From Octopus bimaculoides (lineage: Eukaryota), in contig NC_068982.1 of the NCBI RefSeq assembly GCF_001194135.2, forward strand, positions 158,155,713 through 158,194,380: a DNA stretch of 38,668 bases, read 5' to 3'. Positions 36,906-38,668 of this stretch are shown here, piece after piece. The position numbers and the translations under genes are program-made. Under the pieces are notes generated by a model. It had not been told where the DNA came from. It did no database searches and worked only from the letters and a program-made list of their open reading frames with translations. Position 1 is the stretch's first letter. Each line of letters starts with the position of its first letter.

Positions 36906-37015
36906 GGGCTTCTTTCAATTTCAGCATACCAAATCCACTCATAAAGCTTTGGGGAGCCCAGAACTAGAGCAGGAGAGAACTGAACTCAGAGCCAAGTAAC
37001 TTGGATGCAAATTTC
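36637..37015 (-). mobile_element. SINE (second family) with an internal (CA)/(TA)n tract
   Basis: Plus strand reads cagtcattgcgctgtggccatactggggcacc...gggggacaaac(ac)n(ta)n-ggcgggcttctttcaatttc..accaaatccactca. This is the reverse complement of a common octopus-type SINE body and tail. Confidence 0.65.
36830..36902. repeat. (TA)n microsatellite inside the SINE
   Basis: Seen directly. Confidence 0.9.
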
Positions 37016-37984
37016 TATAGGTGTAGGTTTACCCTATAAACTATAATGATATTAAACAAAATAATATAAAACCTGATTTCATATCTTATTAATATTTCAA
37101 CGGTACTATCACGAGCGGTACAAGTCACCGTGTGTTGCACTGTATCTGAAGAATGTGTTACTAAGTGGAATACACATGCAACTACATGTGTTCCACCCAT
37201 TCATTAGGCTTAAAATATTTAAACTGACAAACCATTTGCATATTTATTATTTCTGAAAGAACCAATTTCGTTTACGATTGAATGTTGTAAGCCCTTCACA
37301 TGTCTCTTATTTGATTCTCTCACTCTCTTTCATATATATAATGTAGCACGCCCAAATTTCTTTCTACAATGTCTTCTGCAGACTTTTACTTTTCTTCAAG
37401 CTCGCACGGCTTTCAATTTATTACATTCTTACAAACCCACTAAAATTTAACTTATTATTTTTCTTTTTATAGAATACAGTATTTCATAACTTATTTCATA
37501 TCTATTTCTGACGATTGAAAAAAAGAAAAAAGAAACTGAATTCAATAATTCTGAATTGGCTGATACATACACACACAAACACACACACACACACGCACAC
37601 GCNNNNNNNNNNNNNNNNNNNNNNNNNNNNNNNNNNNNNNNNNNNNNNNNNNNNNNNNNNNNNNNNNNNNNNNNNNNNNNNNNNNNNNNNNNNNNNNNNN
37701 NNNNNNNNNNNNNNNNNNNNNNNNNNNNNNNNNNNNNNNNNNNNNNNNNNNNNNNNNNNNTGTGGAGTATTATTTTTTTCCAAGCAGTTTCGTGTACGAT
37801 TGTGAATGATTCGGACAGAATTGATTTTATCATGGTAGAAATTAAAACACATACTTTGCTATATATAAATAGAATAGCTTTCACTTTATTTGTGTATTAA
37901 TAAAATAAGTTATTTGATATCAAAGAAGTTAATCCTAAGACTATTATCCACTTACTGACAATTTACGTCACTGGATCGCAATGA

Positions 37985-38088
37985 TATACATACATACATA
38001 CATACATACATACATACATACATACATNNNNNNNNNNNNNNNNNNNNNNNNNNNNNNNNNNNNNNNNNNNNNNNNNNNNNNNNNNNNN

Positions 38089-38147
<59 letters not shown>

Positions 38148-38270
38148 TGTACATATACACACATGTATATATTCATATATATATACATATACATATATGC
38201 ATATGCATATGTATATATACACATGTACACATACACACACACACACACACATGCACACATATATATACTG
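37985..38270. repeat. (TACA)n/(TA)n/(CA)n microsatellite cluster with a gap
   Basis: Seen directly. Confidence 0.9.
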
Positions 38271-38434
38271 GAGTAAGCACATAAAATGTGCAACAAGGTG
38301 GAAAAAAGAGTACTCAAATACCAGAGGTAGAGTAATATGCTTTATTTAAAAGCAGCATAAATATAACAAAAGACTGTTACTCTGAGTTTCACGTTACCGT
38401 TCATCGGACAGAAATGGGAAAGGAATAACAATGC

Positions 38435-38465
<31 letters not shown>

Positions 38466-38527
38466 CATACATACATATATATACATATATATACATATGC
38501 ATATATATATTTTTTATTTATATATTT

Positions 38528-38585
38528 ATGTGTTTCAGCCAAGTGGCTGCGGTCATGCTGGTGCACCACCGTGATTTTCACATTC
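38528..38585 (-). mobile_element. SINE 3' tail fragment
   Basis: Reads tgtttcagccaagtggctgcggtcatgctggtgcacc, the same tail motif as 29905-29990 in the opposite orientation. Confidence 0.5.
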
Positions 38586-38668
38586 CTTGCATGGCTCTTC
38601 TCCCCCACCTGACGTGGTCCAATCAAGAGTTTTGATGGCACATCTGGTGTATAAAAGAATTTGACACA

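Noticed and set aside
34328-38668. Search for the next upstream receptor exon (M3/S2 start, 'GST..FF')
   Set aside because: No matching frame was found. It is presumably beyond the window or in a gap, so the Q/R site cannot be assessed.

Overview
This is AT-rich eukaryotic (animal) genomic DNA, dense in microsatellites, with about 3.8 kb of N gaps. The SINE and repeat landscape looks like a coleoid cephalopod, probably Octopus; that is inference from repeat recognition, not a database match. The window holds the 3' end of a minus-strand ionotropic glutamate receptor gene of the kainate (GRIK-like) type. Three coding exons join in frame with canonical GT-AG sites: 34327-34102 (S2 lobe), 14334-14069 (S2 end and M4) and 7079-6906 (C-tail and stop). 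The last two fall partly or wholly outside the supplied ORF track. Upstream exons (ATD, S1, M1-M3) lie beyond position 38668. The two large introns (19,767 and 6,989 bp) contain decayed transposons: a mariner DD34D copy with both TIRs, a DD37D-type (maT) remnant, a Tc1-like 3' half, a CR1/L2-type RT fragment, two RLE (R4/Dong-type) LINE 3' ends and several tRNA-derived SINEs. I found no convincing wholly new biological system. The best leads are: (i) a candidate alternative last exon giving a class I PDZ ligand (-QTDV*); (ii) receptor residues predicting a kainate-lineage channel with AMPA-like gating and pharmacology; (iii) two testable A-to-I recoding predictions at the S2 exon junction; and (iv) an unexplained GC/CpG-rich, hairpin-rich island at about 9.93-10.3 kb. 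Almost all X-, N- or IY-rich ORFs in the track are gap or microsatellite artefacts.
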